Assembly (NCBI GenBank): GCA_951406725.2
Contig: OX597826.1
Coordinates: 48,980,001 to 49,044,000 of the forward strand
DNA length: 64,000 bases
Direction of reading: 5' to 3'
Origin: Octopus vulgaris
Taxonomy: Eukaryota
Shown: positions 40,859-57,127 of the stretch, piece by piece
Layout: every line of letters starts with the position of its first letter
Numbering within the stretch: the stretch's first letter is position 1
Translations under genes and position numbers: made by a program
Notes under the pieces: model-generated
What the model saw: only the letters and a program-made list of their open reading frames with translations
Databases searched by the model: none
Told to the model about the DNA's origin: nothing

Positions 40859-41265
40859 AATACATATATATATATACATATATATATATATGTATACATA
40901 CATATATATATACATACATATATATATATAAATACATACATATATATATATATATATATAAATACACATATAGATGCATATATATATATAGATAGATAGA
41001 TATATATACATACATACATATACACGTGTGTATGTGTGTGTGTGTGTGTGCATATAATATTGGGTATTGTTGGTCATCATGTTGCAAACAATAGGATAAC
41101 TACTGAATTTTAATTATTCACAAATAACAACAAGATATTTACATTTAAAGAAATAAAACATTCTGATAATTTTAATTTCATCAATATTTCACCTTTAACA
41201 CATTATTCAATCATATCAGTGAACTTCTAAAGGAAAACTCAGTGAATTCACTATCGTATGTGTAT

Positions 41266-41328
<63 letters not shown>

Positions 41329-41529
41329 AACATAGTAGGCTTTCAGTTTCTGTCTACCAAATCCACTCACAAGACTTTTGGTTGGCCCAAGGCTATAGTA
41401 GAAGATAATTGACCAAGGTGACACACTGTGGGACTGAACCTGGAACTATGTGGTTGGAAAGTAAGCTTCTTACTATGGAGTCACATCTGCACCAGTTTAC
41501 ATATATATATATATATATATATTATAATT

Positions 41530-41745
41530 TATGAAGCTTATATAAGGATAAGAGTGGTATTGACTTGAAAGTTTTGTCCTCCTAGCCTTCAACGGACTGT
41601 CCGATGAAGGTGAGCAAGCTGAAATTTTGAAGACACTATCACTTCACCTCTTGTAAAAGTTCAATAAACATGTTCTCTACAAAGTTATAGTATTCACATC
41701 ACCAGTTCCATATGAAGTGTTTTTATGTTATAACTTGACATTAAA
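41530..41745 (+). mobile_element. Decayed PLE-like fragment with hammerhead remnant
   Basis: TGT-CCGATGA-AGGTGAGCAAGCT-GAAA...GACA at 41598-41635; follows (TA)n. Confidence 0.4.
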
Positions 41746-41942
41746 AGTAACAATGCATATCTAATATATAACAACCAGGCCTTTGCCCCAGCATGGCCAC
41801 AGTCTAATATCTGAAACAAGTAAAAGAATATATGAATATATATTTATTTAAATCGCAATATGTGAATTTAAGTAATCCAGTAATTCTCATAAAAAGTGCT
41901 CCTTAATATATCATTCTATAAAACATAGAATATATAATACTC

Positions 41943-42180
41943 ATGCCTACAAATTCAGAAAACAACACAGCTCCCATGACTTTCGGAAACATTTTTTCAC
42001 ACTCAGAGTTGCTGAAGTATGGAATAAACTGCCTGCGTCGATTGTTGACTGCCATGACACAGCATCCTTTAAGGCCCTCATGCTTTCCGAAATCTGCCGA
42101 AACTACACCTGATTATATATACACTTTAGATGAGTTGTAGTGCACCTGAGCACTGTACACAATTATTATTATTATTATTA
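41943..42180 (+). mobile_element. CR1-type LINE 3' end
   Basis: Homologous to 13235-13550; (ATT)n tail. Confidence 0.82.
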
Positions 42181-42313
42181 CTTAAGAGAGAATGATAAGG
42201 AATATATAAATTCATAACTGACAGAGAAATAGTATGATGAAATTTTATTTACTAATAAGAAAATTCAAATCTCACAACAAATTGTTTTGTAACTTGAAAA
42301 CTATTTCTTTGTT

Positions 42314-42359
<46 letters not shown>

Positions 42360-42866
42360 GCATATATTGCATATATATGATATATGGATGTACTTATTGT
42401 AACGAAAATGCAGTTGTATTCCAATTCTACTTTCTTCCATTTCTAATTCATACTTCCATAAAAATTTCCTAGTGTTGGTTTGGAATGGTAAAATTTTTGG
42501 TTCTATCGCTGATGCCACCAACTGCTTTTGGAAGCTAGCACCATGAAGTGACTCCTTCTAAATCAACTGATGTTATGGTTACAAACATACCTGAAAGATA
42601 AATTTTCAGTATTACTAGATGAGTCAAAACTGTTGTAGTGATCAATAAACTTTTTCATATCTTCAACCTTCCATCTCTCTCATTAATCAGATATATATAT
42701 ACATGTATATATATATGTATATATATATATATATGCATACAATCACAATCTTTTATCCTATCCAACCATATGTCGTCTCTCATCCTTTTCCTGTCTACTG
42801 TATCATCATTACTAGTCTGCTGCCATGCACTGTCACAGACACAGATACACACATATACATATATAT

Positions 42867-42926
<60 letters not shown>

Positions 42927-42929
42927 AAT

Positions 42930-43140
42930 ATGTGACCGCGTGTGTACCATTGGCGATTTGTTTTCCTCCGTCTTCCCTTCTCTGGATCTTTCCTTTTCCT
43001 ATGTCTCTGACGAAGAGCTCCGCTTGAAACATTAAATCCTCCTTCTTCCCTTCTTTCCTGAGCGTCCAATAATACTATATTTGCTCCATGTCTTCGCGTT
43101 GTTGTGTTTTGTCTTTGTGTTTTCATGTTTGGATTAACTT
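42930..43140 (+). mobile_element. PLE-like terminal repeat with minimal hammerhead motif at 43003-43040
   Basis: CTGACGA-aGAGC(TCC)GCTT-GAAA-CATT; (TA)n on both flanks. Confidence 0.65.
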
Positions 43141-43148
43141 TATATGTG

Positions 43149-43181
<33 letters not shown>

Positions 43182-43584
43182 TATATTAAATTAGAGATAA
43201 AACCACTACTAGGCAAATCAAACAGTGAAAATCATAAGCCAATACATAGAAATAAAATTAATTAAAAAATATATAAAAAAATATAAAATATAAAATATAA
43301 AAATCCAATTAAAATATTTCAATTAAAGTTAAAAATTTAAAAAATTATTTAAATAAATAATTTAAACTTATAAATTATAAATATATATATATATTTTTAT
43401 TATTATTTTATTTAATTATTTTTTTTAAATTTATATTTTTTTAAATATTTTTTTATTATTATTATTATTATTTTTTATATTTTTATATTTTTTAATATTT
43501 TTATATTTTTATATTTATTTATTTATTTATTTTTTATAAACTATCAAAAACTATTAAAAGTTTAATAAGATAAAGATTATATAC

Positions 43585-43640
<56 letters not shown>

Positions 43641-43652
43641 GTATAAGTAGTT

Positions 43653-43790
43653 TTTATTAAATCTGCAAAAGTATTACAGAACGGTTCTGTAATAATTTTG
43701 CAGCTTTAATAAAAAGTATATTACTCTACTTTTGGTATTTGAGTACTATATTTGCCACATTGTTTTGCACTTATGTGCTCATCCGTTTGT
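43653..43790. mobile_element. PLE-like family P1-related palindrome plus extension
   Basis: TTTATTAAA.CTGCAAAA.TATTACAGAAC G GTTCTGTAATA.TTTTGCAG.TTTAATAAA then TATTACTCTAC...GGTATTTGAGTACT. Confidence 0.7.
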
Positions 43791-43935
43791 GTGTGTGTGT
43801 GTAGAGAGAGAGAGGGACATTTATATATATATATTTAGTTGTAAAAGTTCAACCAACATAAAGATCTTATCTAGACAATTCAGCAGGATTAATTGATTTT
43901 TCATCATCATCATCATAATCATCATTATCATTGTT

Positions 43936-43968
<33 letters not shown>

Positions 43969-44289
43969 GATGATGTTGTTGCTGTTATTGTTATAATTAT
44001 TATGTATATAACATATGCTAAAAACTCAGTATGATGCACTTTACATGAATTTTATGGATCAACTACAAAGTATAGATCATAAAATTATCATACTTATGCA
44101 TGCATAGAACCATAGATACACATGCAAACATCCATATATATATATATATATATATATATAACTTACTTGGAAAAGGATGCATGGCGTTCAATCATATAAT
44201 AATATAAATAATATATATATATATATATATATGCATATATACATATGTATATGTACATACATGTTTACATATAATACATATGTTTACAT

Positions 44290-44560
44290 ATGTGGGCACA
44301 AGAAGTCACAAAACATAAACAACAAAAATACGAATGGAAAGACATGGAATAAGGACTTTTTTTGCAAGCAACGAAAGAAACAAATGGAAAACAAGACAAG
44401 CAACAGAAGGAACGACCTTTCATCAGTTGTCAGCTGTTTTTCTTCTCCGTATTTTGAGCAATTCACGACAAGATATGCCTTCGATAAAACAGTTGCCCCC
44501 ACAAAGCAAATTAAATCAAATTTAGGATTTTGTGGAGGATCAAGATAGGTGACAGAAACA
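44290..44560 (-). mobile_element. Repeat related to 2550-2790 (putative PLE-like)
   Basis: Same motif order on minus: (G/A)AAATACGGAG then CTGATGA and a short AAGG/CCTT hairpin. Confidence 0.4.
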
Positions 44561-44896
44561 GGATAATGAAAACAAGCAGGAAGGGCTGCTAAGCCTAAAC
44601 GAGGTTGTGGTGGCGAACACAAAGAAACAAGTCTGGACAGGAGACAGAGAACAATACGTCTTCCCTGTCCGGCTGAAACAGGAAGAAAGAAAGAAGCACA
44701 AGTTAGTGGAATAGCTTTTGCTTTAAATTGAGCATTGGCTGATTGTCACTTTTGTTGCACAACATGGGCAGGTAGTGGCCGCACAATCAATGTGATTCAA
44801 TATGTGTGTTTGGGTTGCAGCTACATGTACATACCAGTCCATATGACCACCACAGAATATAAGTCTGTTCTTGAGATGTACCTTACTGTCTTCTAA

Positions 44897-45218
44897 AGAC
44901 TCCGCCGGTTACGACGACGAGGGTCCCAGCTGATACGATCAACGGAACAGCTTGCTCGTGAAATTAACGTGCAAATGGCTGAGCATTCCACAGACACGTG
45001 TACCCTTAACGTAGTTCTCGGGGATAATCAGCGTGACACAGAGAGTGACAAGGCTGACCCTTTGAAATACAAGTACAACTCATTTTTGCCAGCTGAGTGG
45101 ACTGGAGCAACGTGAAATAAAGTGTCTTGCTCAGGGACACAACGCGTCGCCGGGAATCGAACTCACAACCTTACGATCATGAGCTGAATGCCCTAACCAC
45201 TAAGCCACGCGCCCTCAC
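44897..45218 (-). mobile_element. tRNA-head SINE combining the 30055-type head with the family D tail
   Basis: CGGTTACGACGACGAGGG...GAAATTAACGTGCA shared with 2059-2225; head shared with 30055-30200. Confidence 0.88.
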
Positions 45219-46379
45219 ACCTTACTGTAGGAGTAGAAAGAAAGGTGCTTAGACTTGTAGTGTAGGGAAGAGAGTCCAGGTGCCACTTGAAAGGTATCTA
45301 CTGGGAGGAACTGGAAAGACAGAGACAGAGAAAGAGAGAAAGCAGACAACAGAGAGACAGCAATAGCAACAGTGGATTCTAGAAGCTAATGTTTCCAAAA
45401 CGTTATCCATTCTATAGCAGAGAAATATCCATTGGATAGCAGAGAAATATTGCTTTTTTCTCAGAGTCAGAAATTGAAAAACAGGGTGTCTCCTTCCCTT
45501 GGTTGCAATTTAGGATACTATCTTATAGTCTTGGGGGTAATGAAGAGAAGATGGAGAATTATTATGTGTGGAAAACTGTTGAAGAAAGTGGTGTAAATGG
45601 AAAAAAGAGTAAAGGAAAAAATTTTAAAGAAGACAGACAGATTAAGCTCTAATAGAAAGCAAGGGAGGCATGAGAAGAAAAGTTCATTCCCTCTGGGACC
45701 ATATTAAGCTTTCAGTTCTTTGAATAATAAACAAAGGACTGAGGTGTGGCTTCAATAAACTGCAGTAACATGTAGGTAAACATAAATTGTAGCCAGATTA
45801 AGAAGATGACACTTGACTCAATGGAACATTCACAGGGTAGATGGTTGATAAGAACTAATTGAAGAGGCTGTGAATTGATATATCTTGCTCCCCAGAAAAA
45901 CACAACCCATTTTCCTCTATCCCAATACTGGGTGCTCTGGGCAACATTGGGACTAGACACTATGAATATACAGTTGTTGCTAAAAGTGTGGAACATTTTT
46001 TTTTTAAATCAAAATTGTTATGCCCAAGTACAATTTGATCCAAATATATACATTGTAGAGATATACTTACTTAATAATTTCCAGGTTTATGTTTCAGACT
46101 TTTGTTCAAGTAATAATATATTGCAAATTAAATATAGCTTTGGGCATTTAATAAACATAAATTCTAATTTTCAGACTTGTGTTCCAAACTTTTGGCCACA
46201 AATGTATGTTCCTACACAACACGAAAGTAGAAGTCGGTCAGGATTATAGTCTAGCCCATGATCAACCAGTCTAGGCAGTGTGGAAGGATTACCATTATTT
46301 GTTTTGTGTTTTATTTCTTTCTTTATCGATTCCTAACCATGTATTTATATATACATTACCTGAGGAAATGTTTTTAAAA

Positions 46380-46720
46380 GTCTAACCTCTAATATATTTC
46401 ACAAGATATGAGCAGTGCTTAATAAGACAGGATTTTTCTGTTTTGTTTGTTTTTCTGTATAATGCCAATATCATGTTTCCTTTTAATCTGGTCAAGGAAT
46501 TGTGACAGTTACTTTGTGGTGGAATCCCAGTTTTTCTACCACTACAAGAATAACTTCCATAATAGTGTCCCTCTTTCTAGTTTTTACCTTTGACTTTGCA
46601 GAGCTGGTAATCTTCTTTGCTGTAACATTATGGTTAGCTGGGACTGCTGTATCAATAAAGAAAGTTTTGTTTGACACTTTGACCAATAATATGATGTTTA
46701 CTCATCTATGCTCAATCTCT
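46380..46720 (-). pseudogene. R4/Dong-type LINE endonuclease C-terminal fragment
   Basis: TFFIDTAVPANHN...EVILVVVEKLG and QKNPVLLSTAHIL* resemble IDxAVPxDxN / VPVVIGALG / QKxxLLGTAHIL. Confidence 0.65.
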
Positions 46721-47074
46721 TATTCTTGTATTATTATAATTATTGTTATTATTGTTGTTTAAGAAATCATTATTATTACAAATTCCACCAAGGTCAACTT
46801 TGCATTTCATCCTTCCAGGATCAAAAAAATAAGTACCAGTTGAGTATTTTTATTACATCACTGTTGTGTAATCAACTTACCACCTCCCCTAAAATTCCAG
46901 GCCTTCTGCCATGCTGGGAAAAAAGCTTAGCGGCATTTCATTTGTCTTTATGTTCTAAGTTCAAATTCCACCAAGGTCGATTTTACATCATTTTATATGA
47001 ACACTGAGGTCAGTGTAATTGACTTACCCACTCACCCAAAATTGCTGGCTTTGCGCCACAGTTTAAAACATTAT

Positions 47075-47760
47075 CATCATCGTTTAACGTCCTCCTTCCA
47101 TGCTGATATGGGGTGGACAGTTTGAAAGGAGCTGGCCAGGTAGAAACCTGCACCATACTTCTGTGTCTGTTTTGACATGGCTTTTATTCTTTTCTACACT
47201 AGGCACAAGGCCCAAAAAATTTGGGGGAGAGGGCCAATCGATTAGATCAACCCCAGTACCCAACTGGTGCTTGATTTATCGACCCTGAGAGGATGAAAGG
47301 CAAAGTCAACCTTGGTGGAATTTGAACTCAGATCGTAAACACAGACGAAATACCACTAAGCATTTCGCCCATCATGCTAACATTTCTGCCACCTCGCCAC
47401 CTTAACATGGCTTTTCGACATGGCTTTTATTGCTGGACGACCTTCCTAACACCACCCACCCTGCAGAGTGGACAGAGTGCTTTTTATGTGGTGCCAGCAC
47501 AGATGAGATCAGCTTTAGCATGTTTTTTACAACCGGATACCCTTCCTAATGCCGACCTCTTTACAGTGTGGACTGGATGCTTTTTATGTGACACCAGCAC
47601 TGGCAGAGTGACCAAGTAACTTTGCAAGAGAAGGATTCTCTGAAAGGGAAAGGAAAATTGGAGGAGGTGATCTTGTGCCAGATGATGAAAGATTAGAGTG
47701 TGACAGAGAGACAGAAAGACAAAAACAGATGTCTTGCTGCAGAACAGATTATTATTATTA
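47075..47760 (-). mobile_element. Family C-related SINE interrupted by a family B SINE (47190-47403)
   Basis: CATCGTTTAACGTCC tail, then a B copy, then GGATACCCTTCCTAATGCC motifs. Confidence 0.7.
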
Positions 47761-47770
47761 TTATTATTAT

Positions 47771-48324
47771 TGAGTGAGAGAGCAGTGCATGCCATCAAAG
47801 TGACACTGGGGTAAAATATACGAAGCACAGTATACCCATCATGTCTACCCGTCTGATAAGGGTACACCAGGCACATGCATCACAGCCATATGTGCGCGAC
47901 ATGGTGATCTCATATCAAGATAAACAGCACATGACCTTGCAGGTGGGGCCCAGTTAGAATTTTCTTCTGGTCGAGTAACCCATCCCACTCAAAGGTCCCT
48001 GAATAAGGGTTGTTTAAGGATGTTGAACAAAACATCCATGTTTCCAGAGGTGAATAATTCAAACCCCAAAGAATCCCTCTCAACACATGGCTATGATGCT
48101 CCCCCACTACTTCTGCTCGTGATCAGAGATGCACATATTGTCAGCCACTAAGGGACACACTCAACTGGTTAAGGTCAAACAACTGACAAGCAAATCTGTG
48201 GTATTGAGCAGAATATTTGCTGTAGCCCATCTTTTATACCAAGACAAAACAATGTACATGATAACACTTCCAATCAGTTAAGATCAGAAGCCATGAGAGC
48301 CACTGCCTGGTACTGCATCAGGGC

Positions 48325-48327
<3 letters not shown>
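47771..48327 (-). mobile_element. Family E element, second copy
   Basis: Co-terminal with 23795-24352; in (TTA)n. Confidence 0.8.
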
Positions 48328-49325
<998 letters not shown>

Positions 49326-49442
49326 GGTGAAGACCCAGAAGAATTGTTAGCATGCCGGGAAGAAAGCTTAGCAGTATTTCTTCAGAGTTTACATTCTGAG
49401 TTCTTTTCATTGCTACCCCTTATATTCATGTATATATATATA

Positions 49443-49630
49443 TAGTTCAAATTTACAGAAAAGCAAAAGATGAAGACAGGTATAGGAACAACAAGCAGGT
49501 GTATTAGTTTCGTGCTTGGGAAAAAAGGAAATGTCTTCGACGTTTTGAACCTACGCTCTTTGACAGAGGGAAAAAATGGTGAGAGAATGAAAAAAAAAAC
49601 AGGAAATTGTGTAGAGTTCAGCAGTTCAAT
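49443..49630 (-). mobile_element. PLE-like fragment homologous to 31446-31630
   Basis: Minus-strand CTGTCAA-aGAGC(GTAG)GTTC-AAAA-CGTC at 49533-49570. Confidence 0.6.
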
Positions 49631-50106
49631 ATATATACACACAAATATAAGGTGACAATATCCAATGAGGGTTTATCTGGCTGAAACTTCAAAGACACTC
49701 TCAACAACACAGGTTTTAAAAAATAAGTCCTGGGTTTAATTTGTTTGACTAAAATTCCTGACTGAAACTTTGAAGTCCCTATCGAGTACATTCCTGGTGG
49801 TGTTCCAGCATGGCCGCAGTGAAAAATAATATAAACAAATAAGAAGAAAGAGATAAAACAACATATATCATTTTATTCTCTTATTTGTTTACTTGTTGCA
49901 GTCATTTGCCTGCGGCCAAGCTGGAGCACCACCTGGATGGATTTTTTGTGGAACAAATCGACCCCAGGACTTACTTCTTAAGCTTAATATTCATTCTATC
50001 AGTCTCTTTTGCCAAACTGTTAAGTTATGAAGACTCAAACACACCAAAAGCGGTGAGGGGAGGACAAACACAGACACAAAGACATACACACATAAAAATT
50101 AATTAC

Positions 50107-50190
<84 letters not shown>

Positions 50191-50412
50191 ATATATATAT
50201 ATATACACCTCATTATTAAAGTGGAAAAGTTATAAGAAAAGTCACTTCTATTCATTTCTTCAAATCTATAATACTGTACTGAGGACTTACTATTTCTTAA
50301 TCTACTATTTATATATTTATATATATATACATATACACACTCACATATGAATATAAGCACATTCATTCATATACATACATGCATGTGTATGTATTATATA
50401 TACTCACCCAGG

Positions 50413-50488
<76 letters not shown>

Positions 50489-50876
50489 CAGATAGATAGA
50501 TAGACAGACAGACAGATAGATAGATAGAGACATGAATATATTGATAGACAGAATGATAGAGGGATACATTTATACACACACACAAGTGTGTGTGTGTGTG
50601 TGTGTGGGTGAGTGTGTACATTTTCTCACACATCTCTAAGACACTCCATGTCACACAGTGTCACAATGAAGTTTCCCCTCCAATTCCTCCCCACCCCCAC
50701 CCCTTATCTAACCAGGCCCCACCTCTATGGTAATCACAATAAAAGAAATAGCAACAAAAACAACAACAACATGAACAACAATGGGTACAGCCAAACAACT
50801 ACAGTGTTGGCAACAAACAACAATAGCAGTAGGAAAACAATAAAACAACATCAACTCCCACAACAATAGGAACAGC

Positions 50877-50955
<79 letters not shown>

Positions 50956-51146
50956 GCAATGACATGTGTGAGATATGCTTTGTGGTCCTTAGGTAACACC
51001 TTGGTAGGGTTTCTATCTCTGTTGAATATTGTCTACTAGAATCCCTCATGCTTTCTTACTCTCCTTTTCACCTATGTGAGTGAGTATGCCTATGCATGTA
51101 TATATGTATGCGTGTTGTATATATACATGTGTGTCTGTGTGTGTGT

Positions 51147-51200
<54 letters not shown>

Positions 51201-51294
51201 CCCACATATAAAATATATGTATATATGTACATGTCTATAGTTATTTGTCTGTATATATTCATTCACACACACACACATATACACATATAATAGC

Positions 51295-51331
<37 letters not shown>

Positions 51332-51439
51332 ATATATATATACATATATGTACATATAAGACTATATATATACATAAAAAAAATATATATATATATATAT
51401 AAACATATATATACATATATATATAAATATATATATGCC

Positions 51440-51499
<60 letters not shown>

Positions 51500-51628
51500 G
51501 TATATATATATATATATGCAATATGTGTACAGATAGAAAGGTAGATATAGATACATGGAGGAGCAGTTGCTGATTCATTCTATTGTTATATGTATATATA
51601 CACATACATACATACATACATACATACA

Positions 51629-51660
<32 letters not shown>

Positions 51661-51678
51661 CATATATATATATATTTT

Positions 51679-51735
<57 letters not shown>

Positions 51736-51969
51736 AAGAAGACAGAAAATGGAGAAAACATTTTTGTCTTTAAATTTTGATTCTAGTTAAACTCATGTTT
51801 ATCTTTGTTTTTACCTATAAGTTATGAGCATAACATGCTTGCATATGTATTGCCCATGGTTAAACATAGGTAACATACCAGTAGTATAATGGATACTTCT
51901 ATCCCTTAGATGGTTATTTTAAACTCTAACTCAACTGTCCTATATGTATATTGATATATATATATATTG

Positions 51970-52014
<45 letters not shown>

Positions 52015-52106
52015 AATAGTTATATATATATGTATGTGTATAATTGTATCAGGGACCTATAATCCTTTAAGGGATGCTAGCATTCATATATATATATATA
52101 TGTATG

Positions 52107-52145
<39 letters not shown>

Positions 52146-52234
52146 GGGGAGAAGGCACGATGGAGGGAGATAAAGAGAGAAGGTAGGAGGGATAGAGAGA
52201 GAGACATATGCACACACTTACACACATTTGTATA

Positions 52235-52268
<34 letters not shown>

Positions 52269-52568
52269 CTTTGGCAGCTCCCTTTCCTCACCCCACAGAC
52301 GTCATCGCCACACAAACACCAATACTGATCTCTCAACTGGTTCCCACAGGATGAGGGTGTTACAATGCTTACTCGCTGCACCCCCCACACATTCCCCCAC
52401 TGCACCCCAACACCACTCACCACCACCACCACCACAACCACCTGCTACTCCACACACACACACACACACACACACTCCTCCAGTTTGCTCCAATACCTTT
52501 AGCCGTCATTGATTTCAGGTGGGTGATTATGTGAGTGAATGCATCTTACATTAGTGTAAAAACAGTCT

Positions 52569-52607
<39 letters not shown>

Positions 52608-53053
52608 GTGTGTGTGTATATGTGTATATATACATATATGTAAATATATGTATGTATGCATTACTTTCTGTATGTGTATGTGTGTGTGTGTGTGTGTTGT
52701 TTTCCTTAGCTTTACTTTCTTCACATTGTTGTTGTTGTTTGTTTATAAAGGGAGTCATAGTCATCGCAGTGATGGGTTTTTTTTCTCTCTTGTTGTATTG
52801 TCGTTTTTATCTTTTCCATTTTATTTTTCATTGCTTTGTTCCCTTTCTTCTTTTCTTCTTATGCATACACACACACACTCACACTCACACACACATACAC
52901 ATACACACACACACACAGTTGATCTAGTAATGTTTTTTATGTGTGTTAGACTTTGGTTCCTTTTTTGTTTGTTTTCTTTTGATGAGTAATATATTTATAT
53001 GTGTGCCAGTACCCATATGTGCGTGTGTGTGTGTGTGCCTGCACTCGTGTGTG

Positions 53054-53091
<38 letters not shown>

Positions 53092-53150
53092 TTTATGTAT
53101 ATATTTACCAACATATACTTATATATATGTGTGTGTATATATATATTTGA

Positions 53151-53255
<105 letters not shown>

Positions 53256-53406
53256 TGTGTGTATATATAACATGGAAAACGGACGTTAAACGATGATGAT
53301 GATGATGATGATGGTGATGGTGCATATATATGTATGTGTGTACGTATCTATGTAAACACACACACTCATATAAACAAATTTACTTGTGTTTACCTTCAGA
53401 TGTGTG

Positions 53407-53437
<31 letters not shown>

Positions 53438-54311
53438 TTGTGCTTGTTTGTTTGTGTGCATGTTTATGTGCCTATGTGTATGTGTGTGCATGTATGAGTA
53501 TGTACAATTGCATATGTATGTGTAAATACATATATGTGTATGTATGTATGTATGTATGTATACACACACACACACACACACACACACGTGTATATGGAGA
53601 CCAACAGACAGTCAGACAGACAGACAAATAGATAAGCACATGTATATTGTTTTGCTTTGTTTGCTTTGTTTATTTTGTTTGTTTTGTTTGTTTTTGTCTG
53701 TCTGTCTCACAATAATACAACAATAATAAATTCTCTTCTAATTGTATTTGACAAAATGTATTGTATAAGGTAGACTGACAGCAGTGGCCACTATAGAGTG
53801 GCAGCTATGGTCCTTGTAGTGGTAGTGGTAGTGGTTTGTTAGTAGTGGCAAGAGTGGTGATAATAGGAGGTGTATTGTGTAAGGTACACTGGCAGTTGGT
53901 GATCTTATCACTTATAATATTATTCCCACGATCCTTTGTGTTTTATAGCAGAGCACACAAACAATATATCATTAATACCATTATTTCACTCTGATGACGA
54001 GACCAAAATTTTCTCAAAACTGTTAAGGGATATATGTATTTAAGATATATGTATTTAAGATGAACTAAACATAAAGGACCAATAAGAGAATACAAAAACA
54101 TGTTATGTCTTTAGTGCACTATATTTGAAAGTAAAGCTCTTTTCTATTTTATATGAAGCAGGCACGGTTGTGTGGAAAGAAGCTTCCCAACCACATCATT
54201 CCATTTTCAGTCTCACTGCATGGCCCCTTGGGCAAATATCTTCCTCTATAGCCTTGTGGTGACCAAAGCCTTGTGAGTGGATTTGGTAGATGGAAACTGA
54301 AAGAAGCCTGT

Positions 54312-54368
<57 letters not shown>

Positions 54369-54499
54369 TTAGAGATAAAACCACTACTAGGCAAATCAAA
54401 CAGTGAAAAACATAAACCAAAATATAGAAATAAAATTAATTAATATAATATACAAAATATATAAAATATAAAATTCAAAATTTAAATTAAATTTAAAGT

Positions 54500-55400
<901 letters not shown>

Positions 55401-55549
55401 CTCATTAGGGATTTTCTCGACGGAAGTGTGTTTGTGTATATATATATACACACACATACACATACAAACACTCAAACACACACATAGATGATGGATTCTC
55501 TTGTCATGAACAACAAATGCATGTTTAGTAAAATAAAGCAATAATCATA

Positions 55550-56130
55550 TTCTATGGACATGCACATGTCTCTTGAGACCTGCTGGTGTCTTGCAAACCT
55601 TTTTGGCAAATGAAACACGATGAGGACTCAGTTTGCTTGAGTGCTTGCAGATCATTTACTATGTGTTTTCTTGAGTGGACGGCGAGGCCTGCTTTGCATC
55701 GTGCCACAAAACCACAATGGTTTCCATTTAGAGGAGTGACATTTTGCCAGTGTGCCTTCATGCTGTTGTTGTTGTTAAGCAACAAGACAAGTAAGGATGA
55801 TTAGGTGATGGTCTAGGGCTTAGGGGCAGGAGACCCCAGACCTTGGAAAGAAAAGAACTTTGGTTGTCTTGTTGTAGTCGAGGGCTCTTTGTCGACACCC
55901 GCACCACTGGGAGGTGGCCCTCAAAGTCGCTGGAAATGGAAAACCTCCAGGGTCCAAATTCTTGGATGGATGCCTTCATGCTTGCACAAAGTTGGTCCCG
56001 ACGTTGGAGTTGACTTTGTTCAAATCTTTGAACTGAAGAGAAGCAGGACTGGCACCTCAAATTGTCTTTTAATTTGTCTTTGAAGCACAAGAATGGCCTT
56101 CCAACAGAACATCCTGTATATATATCATCA
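55550..56130 (-). pseudogene. Decayed RTE-like LINE C-terminal fragment
   Basis: GRPFLCFKDKLKDNL (GRPxLRFKDxxKxxL) and HCGFVARCKAGLAVHSRKH zinc-finger-like tail, frameshifted. Confidence 0.6.
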
Positions 56131-56375
56131 AGGGACCATATATCAAAAACTGAAGCATACTCCAAAGAATTAAGCTTCATGGACAGCTTATAAGATTCAA
56201 ATGGTGGATGGCATATCTTCAAACAGGATATAGAAAATTGATACAGTCAATTAATATGTAAACAAAGGCTAAAATATCATTTGAGACTTGGCTGAGCCAT
56301 CCATGAAGCTTAACGCTTTATGGATGCAAAATCACTGGTCACTCTATGAATAGACATATATTTAACTGCATGTGA

Positions 56376-56454
<79 letters not shown>

Positions 56455-56469
56455 TACACACACACAAGT

Positions 56470-56669
56470 AAGTACATAAATGTAAAACAAAGGTTGAGTA
56501 ATGTGTGTTTTATTAAAGCTGAAAAATTCTTCACAAACTGTTACTCAAAGATTCATGTTACCATTCATTGGACAGTTGTGATCAGACTAAAATTAATTAT
56601 CACAACTGTCCGATGAACGGTGATGTGAAACTTTGAGCAACAGACTGTGAAGAATTTTTCAGCTTTAAT
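56470..56669. mobile_element. PLE-like family P1-related older palindrome with two decayed hammerhead motifs
   Basis: 56512-56582 inverted against 56599-56669; CTGT-CCGATGA-ACG(GTGA)TGT-GAAA-CTTTGAG-CA-ACAG at 56606-56643. Confidence 0.7.
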
Positions 56670-56701
56670 CATATATAATAATATCATCATTAATAATATT
56701 T

Positions 56702-56755
<54 letters not shown>

Positions 56756-56759
<4 letters not shown>

Positions 56760-57127
56760 GAGCACTCAGTGAGTGCAAACCTCTACAAAGATAACACCAA
56801 TGTCCTCACAAGGATTAACCAGAGATGATTTTTTTTAAATGAGAATATCTGAAATGAACTCGACTGCTCTTACAAATGAGAATACTAAAAATGAACCTGA
56901 CCACTCGCAAAAATTAAGTAAAAAAAAAAACGGAAAAATAATCCAGAATCCTTGTCCAGTACCAGATTGATCCCAAAATCTAATCAGTTCATACCAGTCA
57001 CAAGGCCAAACATCCCTGAAAGTTCTCATCCAAATCCATCCAGCGGTTCTTGAGATATCTTGTCCAAGGACAAACAAACAAACATGACTAAAAGTAATAC
57101 TTTTGCCTTTGCTAAGGCAGAGGTAAC
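56756..57127 (-). mobile_element. Helentron-associated (HINE/DINE-like) non-autonomous element
   Basis: Terminal hairpin GCACTC-AGT-GAGTGC, subterminal inverted ACCTCT/AGAGGT, TGCCTT..AAGGCA inverted repeat and (ACAA)n core; sits in a T-rich site on the minus strand. Confidence 0.6.

Noticed and set aside
45880-46206. Tc1 right terminal inverted repeat
   Set aside because: CCAAACTTTTGGCCAC resembles a Tc1 end, but no matching left end or transposase remnant was found
52299-52530. Second exon for the 37953 start (acceptor CCCCACAG at 52298)
   Set aside because: The joined frame stops after about 18 codons and the interval contains (CA)n; more likely regulatory or neutral
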